Below, piece after piece: positions 42,933 through 56,579 of a stretch of DNA of 64,000 nt. The stretch is from positions 96,596,001 through 96,660,000 of the forward strand of contig OX597815.1 of NCBI GenBank assembly GCA_951406725.2. The letters run 5' to 3'. The translations under genes and the position numbers were made by a program. The stretch comes from Octopus vulgaris. Its lineage: Eukaryota. Position 1 is the first letter of the stretch, and the number at the start of each line of letters is the position of its first letter. The notes below the pieces were generated by a model. That model did not search any database. It was not told the DNA's origin and was given only the letters and a program-made list of their open reading frames with translations.

Positions 42933-43787
42933 CAGGAAATGTTCTTTAATGAAATCAGTCAAAATCAGAGGAAAGAAGTGAAAAATGAGTGTTACTGTGA
43001 CATATGTATATAGAGGTATGCTCCTATGAAAATATAATTGCATTTGTTATTGAGAGTGGGGCCTGAATGTGTTTATATATGCGCGCGCACGTGCGTGGTG
43101 AGCGTTTAGATTATCTGCGAAAGATGTTTCTGCTGCGGTGTAGTTAGTTAAAGTTCCATAAAATGCATTACTACAACTAACATGGCAGCCTAATATGTGT
43201 TGTGAGCGAAAGACGAGCGTAAAGGAAAATAGAAACTTAATACAATGATAGAAAAAATGGCACAATGCAAAATAAAGAACTAATCTTTTGTAAACAATTA
43301 TACATTTCACTGGAAGCACTTTCACTTTCATCTTATGTGTTTAGAAATTTGTTAAACGAATATAATTTGGATTGATGGAGGAAATAAAGGAAAATAAACA
43401 TTTAGAAATTATTTATTTTTGAAAAAAAAATGCATGCTAAAAACTAGGAGCAATCTACTTTAGGGGGATAATTTGAAACAGAATTCGTTATTTATAAGAA
43501 ATAACCAAATAAATATATAAACAAATCAATTGCCAAAAACAACCTGAATTGCATTTTTTCTTTACTGTAACAAATAAAGAGCTTGTGGTGATAGCATATT
43601 GTACGTGACATTCGATCACTCTGTTAAATAGCAAGAAAGAAATTAAAACTGAAAGATAATGATAAATATAAAAAATACAATGACACAAGTTACTACATGT
43701 GTTGACATATTTTACAGGTGTGGAATTGCAGTGATGAATATATTTAGAGTATAGTTGTTAATAAAGAATTTTGTAGCATGTATACTC

Positions 43788-44207
43788 TTTACTCTTTTTT
43801 ACTCTTTTAGTTGTTTCAGTCATTTGATTGCGCCCATGCTGGAGTACCGCCTTTAGTCGAGCAAATCGACCACGGGACTTATTCTTTGTAAGCGCAGTAC
43901 TTATTCTATTTGGCTCTTTTGCCGAACCGCTAAGTGACCGGGACGTAAACACACCAGCATCGGTTGTCAAGCAATGCTAGAGGGACAAACACAGACACAC
44001 AAACATATACACACACATACAAACATAAATATATACATATACACGACAGGCTTCTTTCAGTTTCCGTCTACCAAATCCACTCACAAGGCTTTGGTGGGCC
44101 CGAGGCTATATCAGAAGACACTTGCGCAAGATGCCACCCAGTGGGTCTGAACCCAGAACCGTGTGGTTGGTAGGCAAGCTACTTACCACACAGCCAATCC
44201 TGCGCCT
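43788..44207 (-). mobile_element. SINE family B, full-length reverse copy
   Basis: Reverse complement of the 22263 copy, including the AGGCGCAGGA 5' end and the 3' tail. Confidence 0.88.
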
Positions 44208-45554
44208 AAATCTAAAGCAACTTTTTAGATTTTGTTTCTGAGCAAAATTCAGGTCAGTTTTAGTGAAGTTCTGACTTACATAGCCGAGTGACCAGTTAGA
44301 AATAGCAATCAAATATCTCCTAAATCTCACACTATCACCTTCAAAATTATAGTTCTTAATTTTGCACGCAGCATTAGCATATCAGCTACTTGAAAATTAG
44401 AAAAATAAAAAAGAAAGAGATGATATTGGCTTAAAAGATATATATATATATATATAATTTTGTCGCTTCACACACCCATGCCAAAGCCACACACACACAC
44501 ACGCATTTTTATTATCAGTTAAATCATGCAGTCTCATGAATGTGGTTGTAAAATTACTGTATGGATGAAAAATACTGATCAACTTTTCAGACCATGCATT
44601 TAAGATTTGTGTCATTTATGTCCGGTCTGAAGATATTTATGTCGATGGAAACAACAGCACCAAAAGAAGTACGCAGGAGAAGAGGCAGTAGGTAGTTCCA
44701 TCCAAATGCTTCACAATAGACCAAAAATATAAGCTGTGTTAAAATGACTAGGTAGTTAAACCTTTTAGTAAAAAGTAAGAATATCGGTTCCGTAATATCT
44801 TCACGTATTGCTGGAAATTGCCGAGGCACTCAGGAAAGTTCTACAAATTAGCGACTTAGTTTGGCAAAATGAAGCATAGTTCGATGGTGTGGACATTGTC
44901 AAGTTGTGGGGAGGGAGAGGTAGAGTAAGGCGAGCAAATTGGAAGTTGCAAAATATCAGTCATAGTACGTGGAGTGCAACAATGTGATAAAACTGTAATG
45001 CTGAATAAACCGATTACTGTTTGAAGGTTTGACAATTAAATATTAAACATTATGCAGCAAATTCAGTCCATATATATCTGCATTTATGATCTGAACTGAA
45101 GTGCGACGTATGATGCTCAAACATTTCACATAGTTTAATGTATTATTGGAAGTGGAATATTTTGAAGGCTCAGTCGAAACAGTATACTTTTTGTTATAGA
45201 AACTTAGTGATATGACAAGAATTATAAGATGTTATCAAATTATCATACAGAAAGCTGCAGAAGATCTGCCGGCAGTTTTAGTTGAACATTTGAAGGTGCT
45301 ATTGCAGATAGGTTTCTCGACAACTTCAGGAAGTGCAATAATATGGTATGTAAAATTAATGCATAAAAATAATAACAGAGAATTTACTAGCAGTAAAATG
45401 TATTTGGGTTTTGTGGTTCCACAGTACAATGATTGCTAGCGTAAGCCATACATTGACGAACAACATGAAAGATGTTTGATGTTATTCACACATTGAGCAA
45501 CCCGTATTAAATATTCTACAGAACACACACTCATTCTTATGTATATATATATCT

Positions 45555-45594
<40 letters not shown>

Positions 45595-45677
45595 ATATAT
45601 ATATATATATATATATATCTTATATATAGATATATATATAAGATATATATATATATATATATATATCTATATATAAG

Positions 45678-45708
<31 letters not shown>

Positions 45709-46499
45709 TTTATACATATATATTGATATATAATTTATATATATATGTGTGTGTGTATGCGTATTTGTATGTATCACGTATGTATTTATGTATGCATACA
45801 TGTATGTATATATTTATGCATATATGTATACATTCTTCCGATATTACGAATGTAGTGATCAAAGAAATGCTAATTTTCCATGTGTTTGCCAATAATGTAT
45901 CTGGAAGGAACCCAAATATCTCCGTCCACAGAAAAGTTAACAAATTACAAAAACCCAAACCAAAACAAAGGTACTAAATTATTTCGCGTGTCTTGAGTAC
46001 AGGTGAATTCCGATTATTGAAATCTCCTTATTTCATACAGAAATTATTTAGTCATTTGAAATATCTTCAAAACGAAATATTGACGTTAAATATTAGTTTG
46101 AAAGAAGTTTACCTTGTTGATTTGTCTGCCGTTTTCAATCATAAATTATTAACTGTGTATTTTGGCACTAAATCAATATTTGTAGGAAGAAAAATAAGAT
46201 GCTCCATTGTAAAAAGAGTAAAGATTTGGAATAGACGTGTTTTAGTAATTAGATACAGACGCCTTTTATTGTATATGATTTTACTTTAGTTTATATTGTA
46301 CCCGGGTTAACTTCCTTTAAAAAAAATTCATCATTAAACGCTGAAAATAATTACTGCGTGTTGTTTGCTTAAGATACACACACACATACACAAAGAAAAT
46401 CAACACACACACATACACAAAGAAAATCAACACACACACACACGCCCGACCCATGCACATATATAAATGTTTATATATACACACATATGTGCACATATG

Positions 46500-46678
46500 T
46501 GGCTGAGAGCGGCATTTCGTCCGTCCATACGAACTGAGTTCAAATTTCTCCGGTATCGACTTCACTTTTCATCCTTCCACGGTTGATAAAAGAAGTACCA
46601 GTTGATCATTTTGGTAGATGCAATCGACGGAATTCCAAACTGAAATGTCTGGCCTTGTGCGAAACTTTGAAACCATAT
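46500..46678 (+). mobile_element. Family A SINE, 5' truncated
   Basis: CTGAGTTCAAATTT..TCGACTTCACTTTTCATCCTTCCACGGTTGATAAAAGAAGTACCAG..GGCCTTGTGC. Confidence 0.75.
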
Positions 46679-46859
46679 TTCCTGTGGCTGAGAAGCCAGT
46701 TAAGTGACTCAGTGGCCGAGTAAAGAACTTTAATTTGCAGGCAAATTTGCCTGGTTTGATAGCACACACAGCATATTTTATTAATTCAACTGTACTCTAG
46801 CTTGGAATCCATAAATTGCAAGTAAGGCAAATTTGGCACGTGGACAGTGCGCAGAAATA

Positions 46860-47338
46860 CCGGGTGTCCCAGAAATTAAATATCTATTTCAATGGAATAG
46901 GACCAAAAAATTTGTTTATTATTTAAGTATCATACCAAAGCAAATTGATTAATAAATCTTACATCTAAACTTTATTGAAAATTTTCAACATGCGCTCCGT
47001 CAGTCTCCTTGCAAATTTTAAATATATAAAACACATTTTGAAGCATTTCAGGATCTATCTTCTGCACTGCTATCTGAAAGTGTTCTTTAAGTTCAGTTAA
47101 ACTCTTGTTTCATTCTTAGAATGAAGGTAGAGAAATTGATTTGCAGCCAAATTAAAAACATAAGCTGGATCGAACACGAATGAAAACAAAATTATAACTA
47201 AATTTATTAATATTGTAAAATTATGAACAAAATTTTAAAGTTACAGACTTTTAGCACTCACAAAAATGAACTTAAATAAAAATGAGTTTTAAAGAAAATG
47301 TTTGATTTCGCCGAAATAAATAGTTCTGGGACAACCTG
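46860..47338 (-). mobile_element. Internally deleted Tc1/mariner-superfamily DNA transposon with TIRs and TA target duplication
   Basis: TA|CCGGGTGTCCCAGAA ... TTCTGGGACAACCTG|TA; minus-strand KSLTELKEHFQIAVQKIDPEMLQNVF..CKETDGAHVE* resembles the transposase C-terminus (L.ELK..I....GGH.E). Confidence 0.82.
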
Positions 47339-48124
47339 TACTTTTAATCAAGTCCCTTACTTGCTCTATTGAACAGTAATAAAAAAGAAATAATTGTTGC
47401 CGCCTGCTGTTTCCCTTCATATATTTCGTAGGTGACTGCATATGATTGATTAGGTACTGTCAACTTCACCAGAAGTACACAGGTATATAGGGGACTCACG
47501 CGTAAACACCCTGAAACTACTGCAAAGTATTTAGTCACGCTATACCAAAAGCATATGACTAATGCGCTGTCAAGTAAGTTATCCTTTCAATTGAGACTGG
47601 ACCTTTAATCATTTTAATCATTATGTATACTGTCCCGGCGTAATTTATCGCTAGATATGTGGCCGACACTTACTGATTTTAACATTTCGAAGACTATATG
47701 CTTGATTGTGATTAGATCCGGGCAATAGAAAGGTATGTATGTATGTATGTATGTATGTATTATGTATGTATGTATGTACATATGTAGTATGCAGATAGAT
47801 AGGTAGGTAGGTAGGTAGGTAGGTACTTAGTTAGCTAGATAGATAGATTATATGAATATTTGCAAGACTAGTTTAGAAGTGCAGCATACGACATAAGTAA
47901 AACAGAGAAGGTGAATGAAGTAGATGGTAGTTTCATTTCTTTATATAGATTGGATACTGATCATATAATGCTTCGGACAAATTTCAAAGAGAGTATAGTA
48001 AACCTAGCGCTCTGGGTGGGGGGGGGGATATTGTAAGGCCTATAGCAGAATTCTTCTATTTGAAAAGTGGAGGAATTGTTTAATTATCGAATGGTAATTT
48101 TGAACTTTAATATTTTTAAACTGG

Positions 48125-48201
<77 letters not shown>

Positions 48202-48256
48202 TATAATAATAATAATAATGATGATGATGATGATGATGATGATGACGATGATGATG

Positions 48257-48291
<35 letters not shown>

Positions 48292-48305
48292 CATAATAAT
48301 AATAT

Positions 48306-48810
48306 ATACCTTGATGCAGTATCAGGCAGTTGCTCTCATGGCTTCTTAGCTTAACCGATGGTAAATGTTATCATGTACATTGTTAGGTCTTGGTATAAAA
48401 GATGGGCTACAGCATACATTCTGCTCAATGCCACAGATTTACTTGTCAGTTGTTTGACCTTAACAAGTTGAGCATGTAATTAGAAGGCTGATGATATGTG
48501 CATCTGTGATCACGAACAGAAGTAGGGGGAGCATCATAGTCGTGTGTTGAGAGGTATTGCTTGAAGTTTGAATAATTCACCTCTGGAAACATTGGTATTT
48601 CCTTCAACATCCTTAAACAACTCTTATACAACGACCTTTTGAGCGAACCAATCAAGGATCATTTACGCTGTTTATCTGGATGATAGATCACCATATCGCG
48701 CAAATATGGCTGTGATGCATGTGCCCTTTTCAGACGGGTAATCATGATGGGTATGCTGCGCTTCGTATATTTTAACCCAGTTTCACTTTGATTGCATGCG
48801 CCGCTATCTA
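48306..48810. mobile_element. Second copy of the (AAT)n-associated non-autonomous element
   Basis: Homologous to 26690-27221; (AAT)n on both sides. Confidence 0.75.
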
Positions 48811-48879
48811 AATAATAATAATAATAATGATAATATATAAAACAGTTATATCAATGCTATCAGTGATGATGATAATATT

Positions 48880-49416
48880 GAAAGGAAACTGGTAGAGCCT
48901 CCCTTTCCTCCTCATGAGCTGATTAATGATACATCTTGTCATGGTGTCACAATAAAATCACTGGTAATTGCGTAACCTGATAGTTGCTACCTCATATGAG
49001 GGACAATGGAAAAACAAAATATCATGAATAACGGTAGTAATGAAACTGAAGCCAATGATGGTGACAGTGTTACACCCGATAGGCTCAGATATTCTGGTCC
49101 GGCTCCAGCCTGTCGATATCCAGAAACGGACCACTACACAATGCGTAGATGGAGCAAGCAAATTGATGCTGTGGTCATGCAGTGTTACTACTTGTGCAGC
49201 CCGGTAGAGGAAAATGGTGCTGAGCAAAAATCTCGAGAAGTACGTGGAACAAATAGGGGCTGCAATAAGGGTGGAACACTTGCAGAAAACAGCACTGCTT
49301 GGAACCGCTCGAATACTCCGGAAGGTTCTCGAAAAATAAGAGGTTTTAAATTAGTTCACTAGTAATGAACAGCTGACACGGTAGTGTATCTCCAGCGTTA
49401 GAAGCTCTGCAAAGGC
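48880..49416 (+). mobile_element. Internally deleted R4/Dong-clade retrotransposon (5' end fused to 3' end) ending in (AAT)n
   Basis: N-terminal RRWSKQIDAVVMQCYYLCSP is joined at about 49220 to C-terminal NLEKY..LQKTALLGTARILRKVLEK*, then a short 3' UTR and an (AAT)n run. Confidence 0.78.
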
Positions 49417-49486
<70 letters not shown>

Positions 49487-49544
49487 GTAACGATGATAAT
49501 AATAATAATAACAACAACAACAGCAACAACAAAGCTTAAAATAT

Positions 49545-50300
49545 GAAAACAAGAAAGCATCATACTCAACAACAAAACAGGCAAAGGAATATGTAAGTGA
49601 ATTCCAAATACAAATACAGGATTCGACGGACTAGAAACAAGCACAGGAAAAGCTAAGCATATGAAAACCCGTACTAAAACTGCTGCCTTAGATATTCTTA
49701 CTGAGAAATGGCAAGAAAAAACACTCAATGGAAAATAGCTAAAGAGAGATAATAATGCCGATGTTGACGGCTTTTGGTTTAAAATCAGAAACAGAAGTGT
49801 TTATCATGGCAGTCCAAGATCAATGCATACCTGCAAGAAACTACTAGGCCGACATATTAAAGAACGGCAGCTGCCCAACATGTCGTGTATGTCTACAGCA
49901 AAATGAAAGCATTGATCATGTTGTCTCCATGTGCAGTCTACTTGCGCGCCTACAGAGTATCTCACAAGCATGAGAGGGCAGCACAATATATTAACTGGGT
50001 AATTTGCAAAAACCTGGACCTTCCCCATGACGAAAACTGGTGGGAATACAAACCACCTCCAGTGCTTCAAAAGGATCACATCTCACTCCTCTGGAACTTT
50101 ACCATTAAAACTAATAGAAAGATAGATGCAAATAAAAAGACAGATGCAAATAATATTGAAAGACACAAAAATCCTGCCTCCTCATTGACATGATTATCCT
50201 AAATGATATAAATCTATCTGTCAAGACCTACCAAAAACTGAGCAAGTATAAATATCTTCAAATAGAAAGTGGGTAAATGCAGAATCTGAAGACTTAAACA
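49545..50300 (+). mobile_element. R4/Dong-clade LINE fragment (CCHC knuckle plus restriction-like endonuclease)
   Basis: WQEKTLNG..LKSETE.FIMAVQDQ..CRVC..ESIDHVVS.C..H.RAAQYINWVIC..WWEYKP..LLWNFTIKTNRKIDAN..LLIDM..KLSKYK.L. Confidence 0.85.
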
Positions 50301-50304
50301 ATAC

Positions 50305-50890
50305 CCGTTTCTCAATTTTGCACTTGACGGTGTGTGCTGCAGTATTGTTATGTTGTAGGAGTGTAGGACTTCGATAATGTACTCGCTGTAGTTGTTGAGA
50401 ATAAAGGATAGCGTTCACACTATAGTAATTTCAGAGAAGTTCAAAGTGCAACGACCCCTCTAAATTCCACCAACTACTCATTAGGACTTTCTCTTCAAAC
50501 TGCCTTTGATAACATTAAACGGGCTTCTCGATGATTTGCTAGTACTTGTTTGCAAATGTCCATACGTTGTTGAACGTGGTATGGTCAATTGATGATTAGT
50601 TTTTCGACACTATCTGTTCACGCAAGGCCAAACTTATGGAGTTGAGTATCGATGATGTTTTGTGCTGTCAACGTAGGTCTCGTGCTTGGCTGCTGTTTAA
50701 ACATTTCACGAAAGGCCTCATCTTTCAACGCAAAAGGTGTCGCTGATCTTGGTTTTCCTATGAAGCTTTAAACGTCCAAACAAGTTTTGTTCCACAGTTG
50801 ACACTTCTTGGGTATTCCACAGCATTAATTTCGTTTGCCGCTGGCCTTGAGCTGAGACCCATTTTTTCCGTGGGTTGCGTGAAATGGCTT
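50305..50890 (-). mobile_element. mariner (DD34D-type) transposase relic
   Basis: AANEINAV..HQLT..QQRMDICK..KVLMSSWWNLEG.LHFELL..VNAILYSQQLQRV..LLQHNNTAAHT follows the mariner motifs WWD..G..FELL and LLHDNA.PH. Confidence 0.8.
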
Positions 50891-52360
50891 AGATTTAAAT
50901 AGTTTTGCAGCTTATCATCAAATCTGTGAAATAAGGAATCAACATTCAGTCTTTATATATATAAGAATAAACAATTTAGTAGCGACTAGACAACAAATTT
51001 TATCAAATTAATGATTATAACTTGGAAACTCAAGTTTCCAAACAATCATCACTGATATCTAAAAATTACCCTCGTCTGAACCTGGTATACACACATATAT
51101 ACACACACGCGCACACACGCAAATACACACACAGGCTCCGTGAATTTGAATTTACGGAGACAATATTTACATATTATCTGAGGAAACACAACTAGATCTC
51201 GTAACGTAAAGAAACTGTTGCATAACCAAGCACCTGCACGCTTGGAGAACAATCGTAGTGACTGAAAGTCCAACGTTACTCTTTATTGTGGATTCCATAT
51301 CTTTTAATTATATATATATATGTGTGTGTGTGTGTATGTGTGTATGTGTGTGTGTGTGTGTGTGTGTGTATAAGACTATGTGCGACGGTGTTAGTATTTA
51401 ATGAACTAAAACATCATGTTGCGTATTTGTTTGGACTACTTTTCCTTTCACTAACGTCCATTTTGCATTTTTTATGTCAGCGGAAAAGTTAAATATACAC
51501 GACACAAAAAGATGTCTTTCCTATATAGATGGGTGAATAACCCATGAAATCTGTAACTCTTCGTGACCATATTCTAAAGATTGAAACCAACAAAGCTAAG
51601 AGAACTGATTCAAATATATATCGATCTGATTCCTTCACTAGCCTTTCCCCAAGAATCTATGGCTTTTTGCCAAGGCGAAAAAAAAAAGAAGAAAAATTAA
51701 TAATCAATATCCGTAGGAAGGCTCTTCGTAATTCAATCGATCAAATTTTATTACTGAAAGATAAAAATAATGTCGACCGCGGTAGCATTTCAAATCAGAT
51801 TGAAGAGGGGCAAGGTTAAATACTATAAAGTAATTACGTATGTTAAGCTGCAGAAGGAAATATCATATTCATATCCGAGATGTAGGAAATATGAATTCTC
51901 ACGCAAATACCTCAGTTGCAGATGTGAGATACTTTCTCTTCCAAAGCTTTAAATTATATAATCTGCTCCTTTCAAATTCGAACAAATATTTTATTTTAAA
52001 ACAAACGGGTGTTTGGCTTCGTTCCATTTTAATTTTTGTACATTTTTCTCTCTTCGCTTGTATATGGTTTGATGTATATTCGTGAAATTATAGAAAATTA
52101 TAATAAATCGATATATTTACACAAAATTATGTGAAATTATATATAAATCGTAATTAACTTCAAATCCATAAGAACGAGGCAGATTGCCATCGAGCAGATG
52201 ATAAACTAAAATATTAACTGAGCCGCAGTCACAGAAGCGTGCACACGCGAGTATAAGCACATGCACAAAAGCGTATATGTGTTTTTTTAAAAATAAAGTT
52301 ATTTGTTGCTTTCTCTCATCAGCATCATCGTAATCGTCGTCATCATCATCATCATCATCC

Positions 52361-52453
<93 letters not shown>

Positions 52454-52454
52454 G

Positions 52455-53000
52455 GACTACAAATGTCAACTTTGCCATTCATCCCACTTGGTTCGGTTAA
52501 GTACCAACCAAGCAGTTGTGTCCATGTTATGGACTTATTCCTTGCAAACAAAATCGTTAGAATTGTGTGCAAATCAGGAACACTAATTAAGGAATCGCGA
52601 TAATAGAATCGTTAGCAGAGTTGAAAAGAATTTTGCACCATTTGTTCCAGCCTATTAGGTTCTGAGTACAAATTCATGAAACCAACTGTCGCATTCCTCA
52701 CTCATGAGCTAACAAAGCGAAAAAGTACGAGTCTAGAACATTAGTCAACAAATATGTACGAGACCTAAACTGAAGCCGATGATATCAACAAATACCCTTG
52801 CACCTCGTAAGTGCTGGCGTTGTGCATTCATCAGGAAATCTTGCTTTTAGAATGCTGGGCAACATATCTTTTAATATTTCTTCCGACACTTTACATGCTA
52901 AGTTCAACTCTCTCTGTGGTAAACTTGCTTCGGCTTACCGTGGTCGATAAAATAAAGTGCCAGACATTTACTATCTCGCAATACTTATTAATATTGAGTT
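52455..53000 (+). mobile_element. Cluster of about 3 degraded family A SINEs after (ATT)n
   Basis: AGAATCGTTAGC, TTCTGAGTACAAATT and GTGGTCGATAAAATAAAGTGCCAG motifs. Confidence 0.6.
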
Positions 53001-53323
53001 CTTATTTTGTTTAATTTTATTTCCAGCTAGCGAGACAATTATCCATTATTTAGCATATATTAATGTATGTATTATGAACAGTATATTTCTATTAAATTGC
53101 TTTTTTAAAAAAAATGTTACGAACATATTTCTACTCTTCTCAATCGAAAATTAATTTGAAAATTAATATTTTCCGAAAGTAAATCAATTAGTTTATTGTT
53201 GATTGTCTACTGATATTTCTAAATTCAGCGACAGTATATAATTATGTTATTTACATTCGAAAAGAAACACATCTTGTGTACTCGTGATACTAGTAATTTT
53301 GTAAGATTGTGAGCGTCAGTTAT

Positions 53324-53395
53324 TTTACTTATAAGTTACAGAAATGTAATATTGCTGTTATGAGCAATATTACATTTTACTAAGTTGTAAGTAAA
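53324..53395. repeat. 72-nt hairpin (33 bp arms, perfect 15 bp inner stem)
   Basis: AAATGTAATATTGCT-GTTATG-AGCAATATTACATTT, extended by TTTACTTA/TAAGTAAA. Confidence 0.8.
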
Positions 53396-54224
53396 TAGTT
53401 TCATTTTTTATTACAAAATACAATCTTACATAATGACTTAAATCTGTCAGATACTCTGTGGTTCATATAATTTCCTGTTCTTAACATGTATAGTCTTTCT
53501 CTGACTATCGAGGAAATTTGGTACCGGTAATGTATTTGTCTAAAATATCTGTTACGATTAATATGGTAATTTAAATATATTTCAGTGTAGTTTTAACATA
53601 TTACGCAATTGTTTAAAGAAATGACGTCCAAAATATATACAATGAACAACATTATACGAGAAATGAACACGTATCAATTCTCTTTGATTTGCACCAATGC
53701 ATTATAAGATGCACGCCAAGCAGCCGGAATCTAGAGTGCGAAAGTTACTGTTATGTTACCTGAATGATTAAAAATTTCTGTTCGTAATCTGTAAGATCCA
53801 GCTCTGATCCTACTCAAGCCATTTAAAAAATTCATCTAGTCCATCCAAAAATTTAACTTCAAAAAGTAATTCAGAGTCCATCTTCAACTGTGTTTGTTAG
53901 TCTACATGCGTTATGTTTAGCGTTAAGCGGAACAACTGATGCTTTGTATAATATCCCATCAATTTTGGGTTTGGAGGCAGCATATGTGTACATCATTGCA
54001 GCTATTTCGTTACACTCTCGCGGACAGGATTGTTGGTAGATATATGGTTATGAAGTTGCTGCTCAAGAAAATGCATGAACAAATATATATTTCAAGTTTG
54101 TTTTTTATTTCGCAAATAAATTGAGTAATATCAGACACAATGCTATTTCTGATGCATTACCAAATACGACGTATATATGCCTTCTAGACGTGAATTAATT
54201 TGGACATTTATTGAGCTAATGCTG

Positions 54225-54400
54225 AGAGCAGTCACAATAATTACCTTACCGGGCAAAATGTTAAGCAGTATTTCTTCAGGTTAACTGTAACCACGGTCGA
54301 GTAGTTTAAGCATACTTCCAGGGTCGATGAAATAAGCATCAGTTGACCACTGGAGTCTGCGTACTCGACAAATCTCTTCCACCCAACTTTCAGGTAACAT
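54225..54400 (+). mobile_element. Degraded family A SINE
   Basis: CCGGGCAAAATG..CTTCCAGGGTCGATGAAATAAG motif. Confidence 0.55.
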
Positions 54401-55044
54401 ATATTTTAGACAACGTTATAGAATATTTAGAGTCCTTTGTTAAAAGTATTTACTTAGTAAGAAACTAACATTCACAGTATGTAGGTCATTTACTACTTCT
54501 AGTATTAATATATTCCTGTTTATACATTGTGTGTGTGTGTGTGCATGTTTGGGTGTTTGCTGATAGATCTATCTTTGTTTATATATTTTCTTTGTTTATA
54601 ATAATACTCTATAAGTATTAAGACAAAACCTTTGTTGAACATTTCATAGCATATAACTCAAAATAATAAATCAATATAAAACACACAAGTGAATATATTC
54701 TACTTTAGGTATGAGCCCATAGTACACTATTCCTCTATATAAGTTGGCTTTGGTTTCAGTATGATAATGATTATCTTCCGTTAGAATATTTCGATATATT
54801 AGCTACTTTTAATAATTAAAAGCGTAAGACGTATTCACGAATTTACTGGCTCTTGCATTTGCTCAATGTTCACGTTATTTTGCTGTACATATATTAAAAA
54901 AAAACAGGCAGTACCCAATAATTGATCATCTATAACATACACACAGGGCTCTTAAATCGTTAACTTAAGTGGTTCATGTATATTTTATATTACATTCTAA
55001 GTATTTGATCATCGATCATCATAAATCATACACTGAGACATGAT

Positions 55045-55590
55045 ACTGTCAACGTAACGTGTGTAAGTTTGTGTAGAAGCATTTTTGAAGACAATTTTGA
55101 AGATACATCTAGAAAAAGATTAATATCGATAGTGAATAACAGGAAGATCTCGCATGAAAACAAAAATGAGCTCCGGTTGATTCTGATTGCAACTAGTATT
55201 AAAGAATTATAGAAGAACAGGGTTGCGTACACTTGGTTGAAATGTGCTGGTAAATATATGGAGGATGGGAGCTGTCATTCTAAAAAAAGCACGGAAGAAT
55301 CTCTTTCCTGTGGTCAATGTCATCTTGTCTACTACTAAGCCACAAGCGTCGCTTAGCAATGCGATATCCAGTATAGTCCTTCGTGCGTATTGTGTAGCAA
55401 AGTGTGTGGATCAACCAGTTTCTAGGTTCCAAGATAGAGATGGTCGGGATGCTTCTTGGAGTTTGATTTGTGCTTGGTGTGGAATAAATTCCCATGCAGT
55501 CATCCGAATGGGGAAACCAATCTTCAAATGTTTCTTTGTGTGCAATTGGTCTATGAATTAGTGTCACTCGGTCATGAGTCGACTTCTGAC
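55045..55590 (+). mobile_element. RTE-clade LINE 3' fragment with C-terminal zinc-finger-like motifs
   Basis: QRNV..KHF.DN..KKINIDSE.QEDLA.ENKNELR..KNRVAY..LK followed by CGQC and CVLCSKVCGS motifs; frameshifted. Confidence 0.65.
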
Positions 55591-55763
55591 TTGTACGTAT
55601 GTATGTATGTATGTATGTAGGTTTGTATGTATGTATGTTTGTATGGATGTATTATTGTATGCGTATATGTATGAATGTATGTAAGTGTGTGTACATACGT
55701 TTGTTTGTATGGATATATGCGTGTATGCATATAAGTATGAATATATATATATATATGTGTGTG

Positions 55764-55879
55764 TGTATATCTACATATTTATGTTTGTGAGTAAGTATGC
55801 ATGTAAGCATATGTGTATGAATATATATATATATGCTTACATGCATACTTACTCACAAACATAAATATGTAGATATACA
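55764..55879. repeat. Perfect 49-bp inverted repeat with 18-nt spacer
   Basis: TGTATATCTACATATTTATGTTTGTGAGTAAGTATGCATGTAAGCATAT and its exact reverse complement at 55831-55879. Confidence 0.92.
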
Positions 55880-56541
55880 TATTAATCTGTTTATGTATTA
55901 ATGTTTGTGTACGCATAAAACATCACAGAGTGGCCTGTGGGTGGAAGAGGAATATAAGTATTCAAAAGAAATTACAAAATAAACACTTTGTTGAAGAAAA
56001 TTATTCCTGCTTTCAGGGGATAATCTCGGGAATCCAAAATGAAATATATATAAATGCTGTTGGCAGAGACTTAAATATTTCACTCATAGTCTAACCCTCG
56101 ATCTTGTCGCCGTGCATGCATGAAAATACTTACGTAAACCCTTTTATTTATAGTGAATTTACTATCAAGCACTTTAATTTCTTGCACTTTAATTCAAGCA
56201 CTTTAATTTCTATAGAAGAAACATAGATATTGCTTATTTCGCCAAGCAGGGTACATTTTTAGTGATTTAAATGTTGTCAGTTTTATTTTGTTTTTGGGCT
56301 GTCACTTTACATGCAATTATACGCACACACACAAACACGTGCACAGACACACACATTAAAGGATTTAATTAAGAATTTAATAATACATATATTTTAACAT
56401 GAGATATATCATATATAATGTATATGATATGGAAAGGAAATAGTAGAAATATGCACGAAAAATAACACTAGTACATATGTTTAAATAATTTAAATGATTA
56501 AACTTATTCATTTACACATGTATCACAACTATATCATTTAC

Positions 56542-56579
56542 CTCAAAAGTAATATGAGGCACCGAGCAAGTCTCTTCAT
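56542..56579 (-). CDS. Candidate start-codon exon (exon 56542-56636) encoding signal-peptide-like MKRLARCLILLL
   Basis: Strong acceptor CCTTTTCGTTTTCAG, donor GAG|GTAAAT, ACAGCCATG context, upstream in-frame stop, and basic n-region plus hydrophobic h-region. Confidence 0.5.

Noticed and set aside
47500-47519. Alternative micro-exon candidates (also 28169-28184, about 30162-30170 and about 39025-39037)
   Set aside because: Too short to distinguish from chance splice-site pairs; weaker signals or less consistent phases than the chosen chain.
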